Shown piece after piece: positions 19,915 through 29,954 of a DNA stretch of 64,000 nucleotides. The notes under the pieces were generated by a model. It was not told the origin of the DNA, made no database searches, and was given only the letters and a program-made list of their open reading frames with translations. This stretch comes from an uncultured Clostridia bacterium. GTDB lineage: Bacteria; Bacillota; Clostridia; Christensenellales; CAG-138. The stretch spans positions 158,305 to 222,304 of the forward strand of contig CAKTYU010000001.1 of NCBI GenBank assembly GCA_934633985.1. Direction: 5' to 3'. Numbering within the stretch: the first letter of the stretch is position 1; each line of letters starts with the position of its first letter. The translations under genes and the position numbers were made by a program.

Positions 19915-20958
19915 ATGCTTGGAATAAGATTTTTGCGGGATATATTCGGCGAGGCGGTGGCGCTGGATCTCGGCACCGTGAACACCCTTGCGGCCATAAG
20001 GGGAAGGGGGATAGTGCTTAGGGAGCCCAGCGCCGTGGCGGTGTCCATGGGCGGCGAAAGGGAGGTGCTTGAGTTGGGCGGCAAGGCCATGCGTATGCTG
20101 GGCCGCACCCCGGGGCAGATAACCGTAAGCTACCCCATGAGGGACGGCGTTATAGCGGATATGGCGCTGGCGGAGGCCATGATACGCTTTACCATAGCCG
20201 AGGCGCTGGGGAGAAGGGCGGGGCCCTTGGGCATACGCCTTGGGCTGTGCCTGCCCCTGTGCGTAAACGACATAGAGCGCAGGGCGCTTATGGAGGCCGC
20301 AAAGAACGCGGGCGCAAGGGATATGGTGGTGCTTAACGAGGCCCTTGCCGCCGCCATAGGCGCGGGGCTGCCGGTGAGCGAGCCCGTGGGCAGCATGGTG
20401 GTGGATATAGGCGGCGGGACTACCGACGCCGCGGTGGTGGCGCTGGGCGGCATAGCCTGCCATAAGTCGGTCCGCACCGGCGGCACGCACATCGACAGGG
20501 CCATAGCGGAGTATATGGCCCGGGAGTATAAGCTGAGCATAGGCGAGCGCACGGCGGAGCAGATAAAGCTCACGCTGGGCAGCGCCCTCATGGGGGGCGA
20601 CGAGCACATGGAGGTCCGGGGCAGGAGCATGGACACAGGACTGCCCCAAAGCATAGCAGTCGGGCAGGGGGAGATAAGCTATGCCATAATAAAGCCTGTG
20701 CGCCGCATAGTGGGAGCCATAAAGGATGCGCTTGCGGAGACGCCGCCGGAGCTTGCGGGGGATATATACGACAGCGGCATAATGCTTACCGGCGGCGGGG
20801 CCATGCTGGACGGCCTTGCGGAGTACGTGAGCCGCGAGACACATATAGCCGTGCGTGTGGCGGAGGAGGCGGAGAGCTGTGTTGTGCTGGGCGCGCTTAG
20901 GGCGCTGGATATAAGGGACAGGATAGACTGCATACAGGACGGCGAGCTTACCGCGTAG
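19915..20958 (+). CDS. mreB: rod-shape-determining protein MreB
   Basis: Actin-fold motifs LDLGTVNT and VVDIGGGTTD. ATG at 19915 follows GGAGG; the tracker's 54-codon N-terminal extension is implausible. Confidence 0.9.
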   Translation: MLGIRFLRDIFGEAVALDLGTVNTLAAIRGRGIVLREPSAVAVSMGGEREVLELGGKAMRMLGRTPGQITVSYPMRDGVIADMALAEAMIRFTIAEALGRRAGPLGIRLGLCLPLCVNDIERRALMEAAKNAGARDMVVLNEALAAAIGAGLPVSEPVGSMVVDIGGGTTDAAVVALGGIACHKSVRTGGTHIDRAIAEYMAREYKLSIGERTAEQIKLTLGSALMGGDEHMEVRGRSMDTGLPQSIAVGQGEISYAIIKPVRRIVGAIKDALAETPPELAGDIYDSGIMLTGGGAMLDGLAEYVSRETHIAVRVAEEAESCVVLGALRALDIRDRIDCIQDGELTA

Positions 20959-21131
20959 GCGCTGCAATATGGCAAAATCCGGTCCGGTTTTTAAACAAAT
21001 GTAACGATTTGCCGCCATGCCTTGCACATGGCGGTGCTTGCATTTATAATAATTATCGGAGTTTTATAGCGAGCCTGTACATGGCGGCCGCGGAGTGCTT
21101 TTCCCTGCGGCGTAACGATAAGGAGCGGATA

Positions 21132-21986
21132 ATGCACGATTTTTTTCGCAGCAAGGGCTTTTTGATAATACTGATAATAATAGCCGTGCTGTCCATATTC
21201 ATAGCGGCGACATATCGGGACCGGGCAAAGGTGTCCTTTATTGAGGATACCGTAAATTCGCTGGTCAAGCCGGTGCAGGGCTTTTCCGTTAAGGCGTCCA
21301 ATTCCATAATACACTTTTTTGAGAGGGTGTTCAGCTCCACAGATCTGGATAAGGAAAACGAGCAGCTTAGGGTAAAGCTGGCCCAGTACGAGATAATCGA
21401 AAGCGAGCTGGAGACAATGCGGGAGGAGAACGCGCGCCTGAAGGAGCTTTTGAATTACACGGACATTACCGACAATTACAGCTATGTGACCTCCACCGTA
21501 ATAGGCAAGAGCCAGGGTATATGGTTCAGCGAATTTACGGTGAACGCGGGCCGCAGGGACGGCGTTGAGGAAAATATGGCGGTGGTGAACTCGCAGGGGC
21601 TGGTGGGGCGCGTAAACAGCGTGAGCGCAAGCACCTGCAAGGTGACGGCCATAATAGACAGCACCTCGGACATAAGCGCAATGGTGGAGCGCACGCGCGA
21701 TTACGGCTTTGCGCGGGGCATACTCAATACCGACGAAAAGGAAACGCTGGAGCTTTACTACCTGCCCAGCGGCTACGACCTTGTTCCGGGCGACACCATA
21801 GTTACCTCCGGCATAGGCGGGACCTTCCCGAAGGGCATAGCCATAGGCACCGTGACAGAGGTATCCCGCTCCAGTGACGACGCGGAGGAGAGGAACGCCA
21901 TAATCGAGCCGGCGGTGGATTTTCTACGGCTGGAGGAGGTAATGATAGTAAAGGTAGACAACAAAGGGGAGGAAAAGACGGAGTAA
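21132..21986 (+). CDS. mreC: rod-shape-determining protein MreC
   Basis: N-terminal TM, coiled coil (ENEQLRVKLAQYE), beta domains with VNSQGLVGRV and TSGIGGTFPKGIAIG. ATG at 21132 follows AGGAG. Confidence 0.85.
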   Translation: MHDFFRSKGFLIILIIIAVLSIFIAATYRDRAKVSFIEDTVNSLVKPVQGFSVKASNSIIHFFERVFSSTDLDKENEQLRVKLAQYEIIESELETMREENARLKELLNYTDITDNYSYVTSTVIGKSQGIWFSEFTVNAGRRDGVEENMAVVNSQGLVGRVNSVSASTCKVTAIIDSTSDISAMVERTRDYGFARGILNTDEKETLELYYLPSGYDLVPGDTIVTSGIGGTFPKGIAIGTVTEVSRSSDDAEERNAIIEPAVDFLRLEEVMIVKVDNKGEEKTE

Positions 21987-22504
21987 TGTACCGGCTGTAT
22001 GCGGCGCTGAGCATAGTGATCGGGATATACCTCGACTCGGTGCTGTTTGCAAAAGTGAATATAGCCGGCGTGGTGCCGGACTGCGTGCTGGTGGTGATAG
22101 TGTGCATGGGCATACAGCTCGGCGCGGCGGAGGCTGCGGCGGCAGGCTGCGCCGTCGGGCTCATCATAGATATACTTTTCGGCAAGGCGGTGGGCATAAA
22201 CGCCATAGCCTATATGGTGGCCGGCGCCGTGGGAGGCATATTCTATAAAAAATACTATGCGGACAACATGATAATACCGGTGCTTACGGTCGGCGTATGC
22301 GCTTTTTTGAAGGAAAACCTTATGGCGGTACTCACAAAAATGGTGGGCGGGCGGTTTTCCTACTTCGGCATGCTTATAACCTACATGGTACCGTCGGCGC
22401 TGATGAGCGCGGCGCTCTGCATACCGGCGCACGCGCTGCTAAAGCCCCGGCTTATGCTCTCCGCCAAAAAACGCTATGACAGGAGCGCCGGAGGAATAAA
22501 ATAA
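21986..22504 (+). CDS. mreD: rod-shape-determining protein MreD
   Basis: 172 aa polytopic membrane protein. Its start overlaps the mreC stop (TAATG). Confidence 0.75.
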   Translation: MYRLYAALSIVIGIYLDSVLFAKVNIAGVVPDCVLVVIVCMGIQLGAAEAAAAGCAVGLIIDILFGKAVGINAIAYMVAGAVGGIFYKKYYADNMIIPVLTVGVCAFLKENLMAVLTKMVGGRFSYFGMLITYMVPSALMSAALCIPAHALLKPRLMLSAKKRYDRSAGGIK

Positions 22505-22507
22505 ATA

Positions 22508-25111
22508 ATGAAGAACAGCATATCGAGATTCATAATAATATCGTTGGTCCTCATGTGCCTCATGGGCGCGCTCATATATAAGCTACACGAGGTCACCATA
22601 ACCGAGGGCGCGCAGTATGCCGAGGCGGCAGCGAACACCAGCACCAGCTCCATAGACATAAAGGGCACCCGCGGCAGGATACTCGACCGCAACGGTGTGG
22701 TATTGGCGTACAGCAAAAACAGCTATAACGTGGAGTTCCTGCGCGATGCGGACAACCGCACCGATTACGATTCCGCAACCTATACCGATTCCCTTATAAA
22801 GGCCATAAAGATAATAGAGGACGGCGGCGGCAAGACCATCGACACGTCGTACATACGTTTGGATGAGGACGGCTCCTTCAAGTACGAGTGGGGCGTGAAG
22901 AGCAAGGCGGCGCAGGTGGCGAGGTACAAGAACTTCTGCCAGTCCATGGGCTTTAACATAACCGAGTCGCTGAAGAAGAACGAGAAGATAGCGGATAAGT
23001 CCCAGTGGGACACCAGCACATGGCCCACGGCGGAGGCGGCCTATACAAAGCTCCGCGCCTTGTGGTTCATACCGGAGGATCTTTCCTTTGAGGATGCAAA
23101 CAAGGTTATCTCCATACGACAGGAGGTATTGCTCAACAACTACCGCGCCTATGAGCCCATCACCATAGCATACGACGTGAGCATGGAGGTGGTGGCGGAG
23201 ATAAAGCTGCGTTCAGAGGAGCTTCCCGGCCTTCAGACCAGCCAGAGCACGACCCGCGTTTATCCGCGGGGCACCACGGCTGCGCATATCCTGGGCTATC
23301 TCGGCAGGACGGCCACAGAGGAGATGGTAAAGGAAAAGGGCTATGCCTATGACGACTACATAGGCGTATCCGGCATAGAATACACCATGGAGGAGTACCT
23401 GACGGGCTCCACCAACGAGCGCAAGGGTGAGCGGGTGCTGGAAAAGAACAAAAACGGCAGCGCCATAAGGGAGCTTTCCTATACCCCCGCCAAGGACGGC
23501 GACGACGTTATGCTCACCATAGATATAAACCTCCAGACCGTCGTGGAAAAGGCCCTTGAGGACCTCATAGCCAAGATAGACGAAAAGGAAGAAAAGCAGC
23601 TTCTGGAGAGATATGCGGATTACGAAAAGGCTACTAACGACGACGTGGAGGGCATAAAGACGGCCAAGACCGGCGCGGCGGTGGTTATGAACGTAAACAC
23701 CGGACAGGTGCTTGCCATGGCGTCCTACCCCTCCTTTAACCCGAACTGGTTTATAGCGGGCCTCAGCCCGGAGCAGGACGAGGAGCTGTTCAACAGCGAG
23801 TTTTCCGCGGAGACCACCCCCACCCGCAATAAGGCGATATCCACAAAGCTGGCGCCCGGCTCCATATTTAAAATGGTCACAGGCGTTGCGGCGGCGGCGG
23901 AGGGGGTTTTGGATATAAACGAGCATATAAGCTGCGACTATGAGTATATAATCAAGTATACCGACGAGAGCGGCAAGGAAAGGACCATAGAGCAGAACGC
24001 CCCCAGATGCCACCTGAAAAACAGGAGCAAGATAGGCCAGCACGCCAACCAGACGCTGGCGGACGCCATAAAGAACTCCTGCAACTACTACTTCTGCGAG
24101 GCGGCGTATCGATTGGGCATAGACAAGCTCAACGAATGGGCGGGCAAATTCGGCCTTACCAGCCGCACCGGCATAGAGCTTACCGGCGAGACGGAGGGCA
24201 TAGCGGGCGGACAGAAGGTGCTCTTCGACAATACCCTCATGGGCGAGGACGGCACGCTGGACGTGGCGAACCAAAAGACCAGCCTTCCCGGCCTGGTCTA
24301 CCGCAAGCTCAAGGAGACCTTGGTAAAGTTCGTGGAGAGCCGAAACGCCGAGGTGGACGAGGAGGCCATAACCCGCTGCGCCAAGCGCCTTATGGAGCTT
24401 CAGGACGGCGACATAACCAACAAAGGCCCTGAGATACGAAGGATCATAAGCGAGGAGATAGACATTCCCGAGGGCATCACCCAGATGCGTAAGGACTGGA
24501 TAAACAGCGTTTCCTCGCTGCTAAACGAGATACAGTGGAAGCCTACCCAGACCATCCGCGCAGGCTTTGGCCAGGGCACAACGCTGGTCACGCCCGTAGC
24601 GGTAGCCCGCTATGTAAGCGCGCTGGCCAACCGCGGCACCGTGTACGACGTACATATAGTGGATAAGGTCATGGACAGCAGCGGCAGCACCGTAGAGAAC
24701 GTCGCCCCCAGCGTGTACAGCCAGATAGAGATATCCGACGATATATGGGACGCGGTCAGCGGCGGCATGAAGGGCGTCGTATCCCCGGAGGACGGCGGCA
24801 CGGCCTCCAGCGCCTTTAAGGATTATCCGGAATTTCGCAAGAAGTACATAGACACCGAAATGTTCGGCGGCAAGACCGGCTCCGCCCAGATAGGCCGGCG
24901 CGCAAAGAACATAGATATCGAGAACACCTCGTGGTTCGTCACCTTCGCCCCCCGGGAGCAGCCCGAGATAGCCATAGTGATATGCGTGCCATACGGCCTT
25001 TCCGGTTCCTCCAGCGTCCCAGGCATAGTGGATATACTGACCTATTACTTTGGCCAGTCTGAAAACGCGGCGCCGGAGAACCTCGTGGCAATAAACGGGC
25101 TCACGGAATAA
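22508..25111 (+). CDS. class B penicillin-binding protein (PBP2/SpoVD-like D,D-transpeptidase), unusually long at 867 aa
   Basis: N-terminal TM. SxxK (GSIFK), SxN (NSCN) and KTG (GGKTGSA) motifs. Last gene of the mre operon. Confidence 0.85.
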   Translation: MKNSISRFIIISLVLMCLMGALIYKLHEVTITEGAQYAEAAANTSTSSIDIKGTRGRILDRNGVVLAYSKNSYNVEFLRDADNRTDYDSATYTDSLIKAIKIIEDGGGKTIDTSYIRLDEDGSFKYEWGVKSKAAQVARYKNFCQSMGFNITESLKKNEKIADKSQWDTSTWPTAEAAYTKLRALWFIPEDLSFEDANKVISIRQEVLLNNYRAYEPITIAYDVSMEVVAEIKLRSEELPGLQTSQSTTRVYPRGTTAAHILGYLGRTATEEMVKEKGYAYDDYIGVSGIEYTMEEYLTGSTNERKGERVLEKNKNGSAIRELSYTPAKDGDDVMLTIDINLQTVVEKALEDLIAKIDEKEEKQLLERYADYEKATNDDVEGIKTAKTGAAVVMNVNTGQVLAMASYPSFNPNWFIAGLSPEQDEELFNSEFSAETTPTRNKAISTKLAPGSIFKMVTGVAAAAEGVLDINEHISCDYEYIIKYTDESGKERTIEQNAPRCHLKNRSKIGQHANQTLADAIKNSCNYYFCEAAYRLGIDKLNEWAGKFGLTSRTGIELTGETEGIAGGQKVLFDNTLMGEDGTLDVANQKTSLPGLVYRKLKETLVKFVESRNAEVDEEAITRCAKRLMELQDGDITNKGPEIRRIISEEIDIPEGITQMRKDWINSVSSLLNEIQWKPTQTIRAGFGQGTTLVTPVAVARYVSALANRGTVYDVHIVDKVMDSSGSTVENVAPSVYSQIEISDDIWDAVSGGMKGVVSPEDGGTASSAFKDYPEFRKKYIDTEMFGGKTGSAQIGRRAKNIDIENTSWFVTFAPREQPEIAIVICVPYGLSGSSSVPGIVDILTYYFGQSENAAPENLVAINGLTE

Positions 25112-25121
25112 CAGATAAAAT

Positions 25122-25150
25122 AAAAAATGCCGGCTTAGCCGGCATTTTGT
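25122..25150. terminator. bidirectional intrinsic terminator
   Basis: AAAAA-ATGCCGGC-tta-GCCGGCAT-TTT, between the convergent PBP and thioesterase genes. Confidence 0.85.
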
Positions 25151-25169
25151 GTTGTTCTGTTTTCAAAAT

Positions 25170-25559
25170 CTATTGCTTCAGCTTCCCCTGGGTCTTTGCC
25201 ATGAACTTCTGTATATCCACTATGAAGCGCTCGTGGGTGCCTTCGCCGATGAGGCCGCGCTCATCGTGGGCGGAAACGCTGAAGGTGAGCTTGCGCCCGT
25301 CTATGGCGATAAGCTCGCTCTCGCACCATACCTTTAGGCCCACGGGCGTGGCGCTTACGTGGGATATGTTAAGGCCTATGCCCACGGTGGTCTTGCCGGG
25401 CTCCATGTAGGGCTCCACGCTGAAGCACGCGCAGGTCTCCATAAGGTTGACCATCTGGGGCGTAGCGTACACCTCGAGGGTGCCGCTGCCCACGGCCTTG
25501 GCGGTGTTCTTGTCGGTCACGTCCAACTCTATTCTTTTCTTTATGCCTGTCGTCAGCAT
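25170..25559 (-). CDS. hotdog-fold thioesterase
   Basis: 129 aa. GTLEVYATPQMVNLME...GIGLNISHVSATPVG pattern of fluoroacetyl-CoA-thioesterase-like hotdog proteins. ATG at 25559 lies 9 nt after AGGAGG. Confidence 0.65.
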   Translation of the reverse strand: MLTTGIKKRIELDVTDKNTAKAVGSGTLEVYATPQMVNLMETCACFSVEPYMEPGKTTVGIGLNISHVSATPVGLKVWCESELIAIDGRKLTFSVSAHDERGLIGEGTHERFIVDIQKFMAKTQGKLKQ

Positions 25560-25716
25560 TTTCAGTTTGCCTCCTGTGGGGTATTTAGCTTTGCCGTTAT
25601 CGGAAAGGCAGGCATGCCTGCGATACATATCTATAATATCCTATCCGGACAGTTAAGACAACGGGAAAATGCCGATTCCATAAAGCGGCGTTCAAGCGAT
25701 TTTTTGAAAAACAGGC

Positions 25717-26868
25717 TCAATACAGCTCGATGAGCAGGGCGCGGAGAGCGCCGAACATGGCCTCGCCCCGCTGAGGATAGGCGGATAGCATAAAGCCGTG
25801 CAGCTCGTCAAGGGCCTTCGCGGCTATATCGGTGCAGCGCAGCACAGAGGGCGCGGCGCAGAGCCAGCTCGCCTTTAGGCAGTGCGCGCACAGCGGAAGC
25901 TCTATTTCATCTGGGTCGAGGGCCGCGAAGTAATCCCGGTCGGCCGCGCATTTGCTTATGCAGCAGGAAATGTCGGATTCCTTTGCCGAAAAGAGGGAGG
26001 CAAAGCGCCTTGCGCATACGTCCAGGCTCTCCATGCCGGTGGGCTTGCCCTCGCTGATGAGGGACATGGCTGCCGCCTCCGGCAACCCCTCCCGGGCGAA
26101 AAGCCCCGCAAGGCCGGCGGGCACGCCGCGCAGCGCATCGCCAAAGCCGTATAGCAGGTCGAGGTATTCGGAGCCGTATATGCGGTTGAGCTCGCGGCGC
26201 TTTAAGTCGATGAAGCTATCCAGCGTTTCGTCCGATATGCGTATGCGCTTGGCGCCCTCCTCGGCGGAAAAGTCGGGGTTCACTATCGCCTGATCTATGA
26301 AGGAACGGATATCCTCCTGCACCGCGCCGCAGAGCGCCTCGGAATATATCTCGAACGCGGCTACGGACTGCTCAAAGGGTATGCCGGCCTCCATGCGCCG
26401 GAATATAAGGCCCATTATGCTTATATCATAGGCGGTGAATAGCTGCCTTCTCCCGCTCCTTATGCCGCCGATTATGCCACGGCCGAGGAGGGTGCGTATC
26501 TGCTCGGCAGTTAGGCGGGTCTGCCGAGCCGCCTCGCTAAGCGGCACGGCGTCGCCCGTGGTGCGGTAGTCTACCTTGTGTATGGCGTCCAGCAGCGCAA
26601 GCTCCGGGGGGCTCCCCGCGCCGGAGGAGCTGAGAAGGTGCTTTATCACGGAAAGGGGGTAGAAGCGCTCTCTTTGCAGCATCCGTATCGCCCGTATGGT
26701 GGCTACGCAGTCAGGGGAATACCAGGACATATTCCGCCCGGTCTTGAGCGCCGGGCGGATAAGCCCCTCCTTGACGTAAAATTTAAGCGTGGATACGTTC
26801 ACATTGGCGGCCTTTGCAAGCTCGCCTATCTTCATCAGGCCATCGGTGGAGGTCTTTTGCTCGCTCAT
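25717..26868 (-). CDS. MerR-family transcriptional regulator with a roughly 300-aa C-terminal domain of unknown function
   Basis: N-terminal MKIGELAKAANVNVSTLKFYVKEGLI HTH; the rest has no recognisable motif. Confidence 0.75.
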   Translation of the reverse strand: MSEQKTSTDGLMKIGELAKAANVNVSTLKFYVKEGLIRPALKTGRNMSWYSPDCVATIRAIRMLQRERFYPLSVIKHLLSSSGAGSPPELALLDAIHKVDYRTTGDAVPLSEAARQTRLTAEQIRTLLGRGIIGGIRSGRRQLFTAYDISIMGLIFRRMEAGIPFEQSVAAFEIYSEALCGAVQEDIRSFIDQAIVNPDFSAEEGAKRIRISDETLDSFIDLKRRELNRIYGSEYLDLLYGFGDALRGVPAGLAGLFAREGLPEAAAMSLISEGKPTGMESLDVCARRFASLFSAKESDISCCISKCAADRDYFAALDPDEIELPLCAHCLKASWLCAAPSVLRCTDIAAKALDELHGFMLSAYPQRGEAMFGALRALLIELY

Positions 26869-26894
26869 AGGATAAAACAGTCACCTTTCAGGGA

Positions 26895-28106
26895 TCATTT
26901 GCAGTCAATAACTATTTTAACCACATCCGGCGGATTTTCAAGCGCCAGCTTCAACGCCTTCTTGTAGTCGTCCAGCTTGAAGTGATGGGTGACGAAGCCG
27001 TCCAGCTTGTATATGCCGTCCCGTATCCACTCTTGAACGAGGTCGAAGGTATAAAGCTCGCGGCCCTGCCAGTGCTCCATGCCGTGTGCGTCCACCCCCA
27101 CCAGGGTCAGCTCCTGCCACCATATCGGGCTTTCGTCGAAGGTTATTGCCCGCATGTGATGGCCTATCTTTACGAGCGTGCCGCGGGCCTTGAGTAGCCT
27201 TACCGCGGTGTGGTTTGACCAGTCGCCGCCTATGCAGTCGTATATCCTGTCAAACCCGCCGAAGAAGTACTTGTTGCCCTTCATGCCGGTGTATATATCG
27301 CTGCCGCCTGTGGCCTTGGCCGCGGCCTTGTAGGGGTCGCCGCTGAGTATGTGGTCGGCCCCAAGCTTGAGGGCAAATTCTTGCTTGGTCTTTACGCGCT
27401 CCATGGCCCATACCTCGCAGTCGGGCTGGATTATCTTTATGGCCTGTATTACGCCGAGGCCTATCGTGCCGCAGCCCATTACCAGTATCTTTTCGCCCTT
27501 TTGGGGCTGGGAGCGCAGCACGGAGTGTACGGATACGCAGGTGGGCTCCACCATTACGGCCTGCTCGTCGGTTATCTCGTCGTATATCCTCGCCAGGCCC
27601 TTCGCGGGGTATATGAAGCTGTCGCTCCAGCCCGCTCCGGTAACTATGTCGCCATAAGGAGAGGGCGCGCCATAGTTGGTGCAGAAGTTATAGTCCCCCC
27701 GCTTGCAGTATTCGCAGCGATCCTTTAGGCCCTTGGTATCGCAGCCCGCCATGTAGGCGCGGATCGTCACCCGGTCGCCGGGCTTGAGCTCCGTGACCTC
27801 CGCGCCGACCTCGGTTATTACGCCTATGTTCTCGTGCCCGAGGTAGGTGCGCTTGGAGCCGGGTATGGGCTCGAAGGCGGAGTTCGTGCCGGTGGTGGCC
27901 TTGAAAAAGCTGATGTCCGTCCCGCACAGGCCGCAGGCGATGTTCTTCACCCTTACCCAGTCGCCCGCGGGCAGCGGGGGCTCCGGAAGGCCCTTCAGGT
28001 ATTTTACCGCGTTAAGGCTGCCGTACAGCAGGCCCTTGGCATATTTTGCGGCGAATTTGGTAGCGAGTATACGGGGTATGTCCTTGTCAAAATATACTGT
28101 CTTCAT
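26895..28106 (-). CDS. zinc-dependent medium-chain alcohol/polyol dehydrogenase
   Basis: GLCGTDIS, GHENIG and a CxxCxxGxxxxC structural-zinc loop (CEYCKRGDYNFC); GCGTIGLG Rossmann motif. ATG at 28106 preferred over the tracker TTG at 28121. Confidence 0.8.
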   Translation of the reverse strand: MKTVYFDKDIPRILATKFAAKYAKGLLYGSLNAVKYLKGLPEPPLPAGDWVRVKNIACGLCGTDISFFKATTGTNSAFEPIPGSKRTYLGHENIGVITEVGAEVTELKPGDRVTIRAYMAGCDTKGLKDRCEYCKRGDYNFCTNYGAPSPYGDIVTGAGWSDSFIYPAKGLARIYDEITDEQAVMVEPTCVSVHSVLRSQPQKGEKILVMGCGTIGLGVIQAIKIIQPDCEVWAMERVKTKQEFALKLGADHILSGDPYKAAAKATGGSDIYTGMKGNKYFFGGFDRIYDCIGGDWSNHTAVRLLKARGTLVKIGHHMRAITFDESPIWWQELTLVGVDAHGMEHWQGRELYTFDLVQEWIRDGIYKLDGFVTHHFKLDDYKKALKLALENPPDVVKIVIDCK

Positions 28107-28124
28107 ATACCTTTCCCCCAATCA

Positions 28125-28916
28125 TCAGGTGAGCATTCCCTGCAATATTGCCATGTAGTCGTTCAGGTAGCAGGCGTATTCCGGGCTGCCTATGGTCTCC
28201 ACATAGCCCTTTTCCACGCCCTCCACAAATTCGCATTCCTTGCCCAGCACCTTCAGCGCGCCGTCCAGCGAGAAGAAGTGGAAAAGCACAAAGGGGCTGC
28301 GGCGGGTATATACCCCATGGCCGGATTTGGACTGCCCCGCCTTTACCCTGAGGTAGCAGGCTATGTAGTCCGGCTGCCCGTCATGCTCCACCTGGAACTG
28401 GTATATCCTGTCCGGCTGGCGGCGGCAGAACTCCTGCATATCCGGGTCGCCCAGCTTGTTGTATTGGCTCAGGGCGCGGGTTATCATGTACAGGCTGCAT
28501 TTTACCTTGAGCAGCTTTTCCGTGTCGTTTTTCAGCTTGTCGTTGGGCTTGGTCATTATCTTCAGGCCCATGAGTATGGAAAGCACGTGGGGGAGCAGGC
28601 TCAGCTTGCCCTTTATGGAGGGCAGGGCGAGGCCGCCCTTTAAAAGCGCGTTCATCTTCTCTATTGACGAAAAGGTGAGGGAAATGTCGCTTTTTTCCGC
28701 CGGGCCCTGAACCACGGTGAGCTTGCCGTCCTGGAATATAAGGTGGCAGCACAGCAGCTCGCCGCCGTTCATCGCGCCGAACTGCACCGTGGCGTTGAAG
28801 CTTTGGCATTTCTTATGCAGCTTGGGATCGTCGTCAAGCAGCACCTGCATTGTGGGGAACGCTGCGTTAAAGAACAGCTTTGCCGTCATTAAGTCCTGAG
28901 GAGATGCTGACATCAT
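28125..28916 (-). CDS. uncharacterised protein, apparently two SCP2-like (sterol-carrier-like) halves
   Basis: DISLTFSSIEKMNALLKGG...IKGKL and FFSLDGALKVLGKE...GYVETIGSPE resemble the SCP2 C-terminal pattern. AAGGAGG SD overlaps the tktC stop. Confidence 0.4.
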   Translation of the reverse strand: MMSASPQDLMTAKLFFNAAFPTMQVLLDDDPKLHKKCQSFNATVQFGAMNGGELLCCHLIFQDGKLTVVQGPAEKSDISLTFSSIEKMNALLKGGLALPSIKGKLSLLPHVLSILMGLKIMTKPNDKLKNDTEKLLKVKCSLYMITRALSQYNKLGDPDMQEFCRRQPDRIYQFQVEHDGQPDYIACYLRVKAGQSKSGHGVYTRRSPFVLFHFFSLDGALKVLGKECEFVEGVEKGYVETIGSPEYACYLNDYMAILQGMLT

Positions 28917-28925
28917 ATCGCCTCC

Positions 28926-29939
28926 TTACTCGTCGTCCCAGTTTTCGTCCGGCTCGAACTCCATGCCCATCATCTCGCGCACCTTATCCACTATGCCGTT
29001 TGCATCGAGCTGATAGTAGGAGTAAAGGTCCTCGGCATAGCCTATGGTGGCGAAGATGTCCTGCATGCCGTGCTTTTTGAACACGCAGCCCTTGCCGGAT
29101 TCGGCTATTACGCTGGCGACGGCGTCGCCCAAGCCGCCCAGCACGTTGTGCTCCTCGACGGTGAGTATGCGGCGGGTGTCCGTTACGGCGCTCATTATGG
29201 CCTCGCGGTCTATGGGCTTTATGGTGTGCATATTTATCACGCGGACGCTGAGGCCGTCGGTCTCTGCGAGGGTCTTGGCGGCGTTCACAGCCTGAAGCAC
29301 GCCTATGCCGCAGGTGATTATGGTCAGGTCAGTGCCCTCGCGCATGGTTATGGCCTTGCCTATCTCGTAGGTGTAGTTGTCGTCGGCATAGGCGGGGGGC
29401 TCAAAGCCGCGGCCTATGCGGACGTATACGGGGCCGGGTAGATCGACGCAGGCCTGGACTGCTTTGCTGGTCTCTATGCCGTCCGCGGGGCATATCACCG
29501 TCATATTGGGTATGGCCCGCATTATGGCGAAGTCCTCGGTGCAGTGGTGGGTGGTGCCGGCGTGGCCGAAGGAGATGCCGGCGTGGGTGGCTATTATCTT
29601 CACCGGAAGGTTCTGATAGGCTATGTCCGTGCGTACCTGCTCCCCCGCCCTCATGCAGGCGAATATTGCCATGGTGGATGCAAAGGGTATGAAGCCCGCC
29701 TTGGCAAGGCCCGCCGCTATGCCCATCATGTTTTGCTCCGCTATGCCCACATTGTAGAACCTGTCGGGGAATTTATCCGCAAAGAACTTTATTGCGGTGG
29801 TCTTTTCAAGGTCGGCTGTGACGCCGACTATCCTGTCGTCCTTTTCCGCAAGCGCGGCAAGGGTGCGTCCGTATATCTCCCTGGCGGTCATGGTGGAGGC
29901 GTCGTATGCGTTCCAGTTGGTTCCCGTAATTACTGCCAT
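28926..29939 (-). CDS. transketolase, C-terminal (pyrimidine-binding plus C-domain) subunit
   Basis: FPDRFYNVGIAEQNMMGIAAGLA motif; 337 aa. AGGGAGGG SD. Confidence 0.9.
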   Translation of the reverse strand: MAVITGTNWNAYDASTMTAREIYGRTLAALAEKDDRIVGVTADLEKTTAIKFFADKFPDRFYNVGIAEQNMMGIAAGLAKAGFIPFASTMAIFACMRAGEQVRTDIAYQNLPVKIIATHAGISFGHAGTTHHCTEDFAIMRAIPNMTVICPADGIETSKAVQACVDLPGPVYVRIGRGFEPPAYADDNYTYEIGKAITMREGTDLTIITCGIGVLQAVNAAKTLAETDGLSVRVINMHTIKPIDREAIMSAVTDTRRILTVEEHNVLGGLGDAVASVIAESGKGCVFKKHGMQDIFATIGYAEDLYSYYQLDANGIVDKVREMMGMEFEPDENWDDE

Positions 29940-29954
29940 TGCTTTTCCCTCCCT

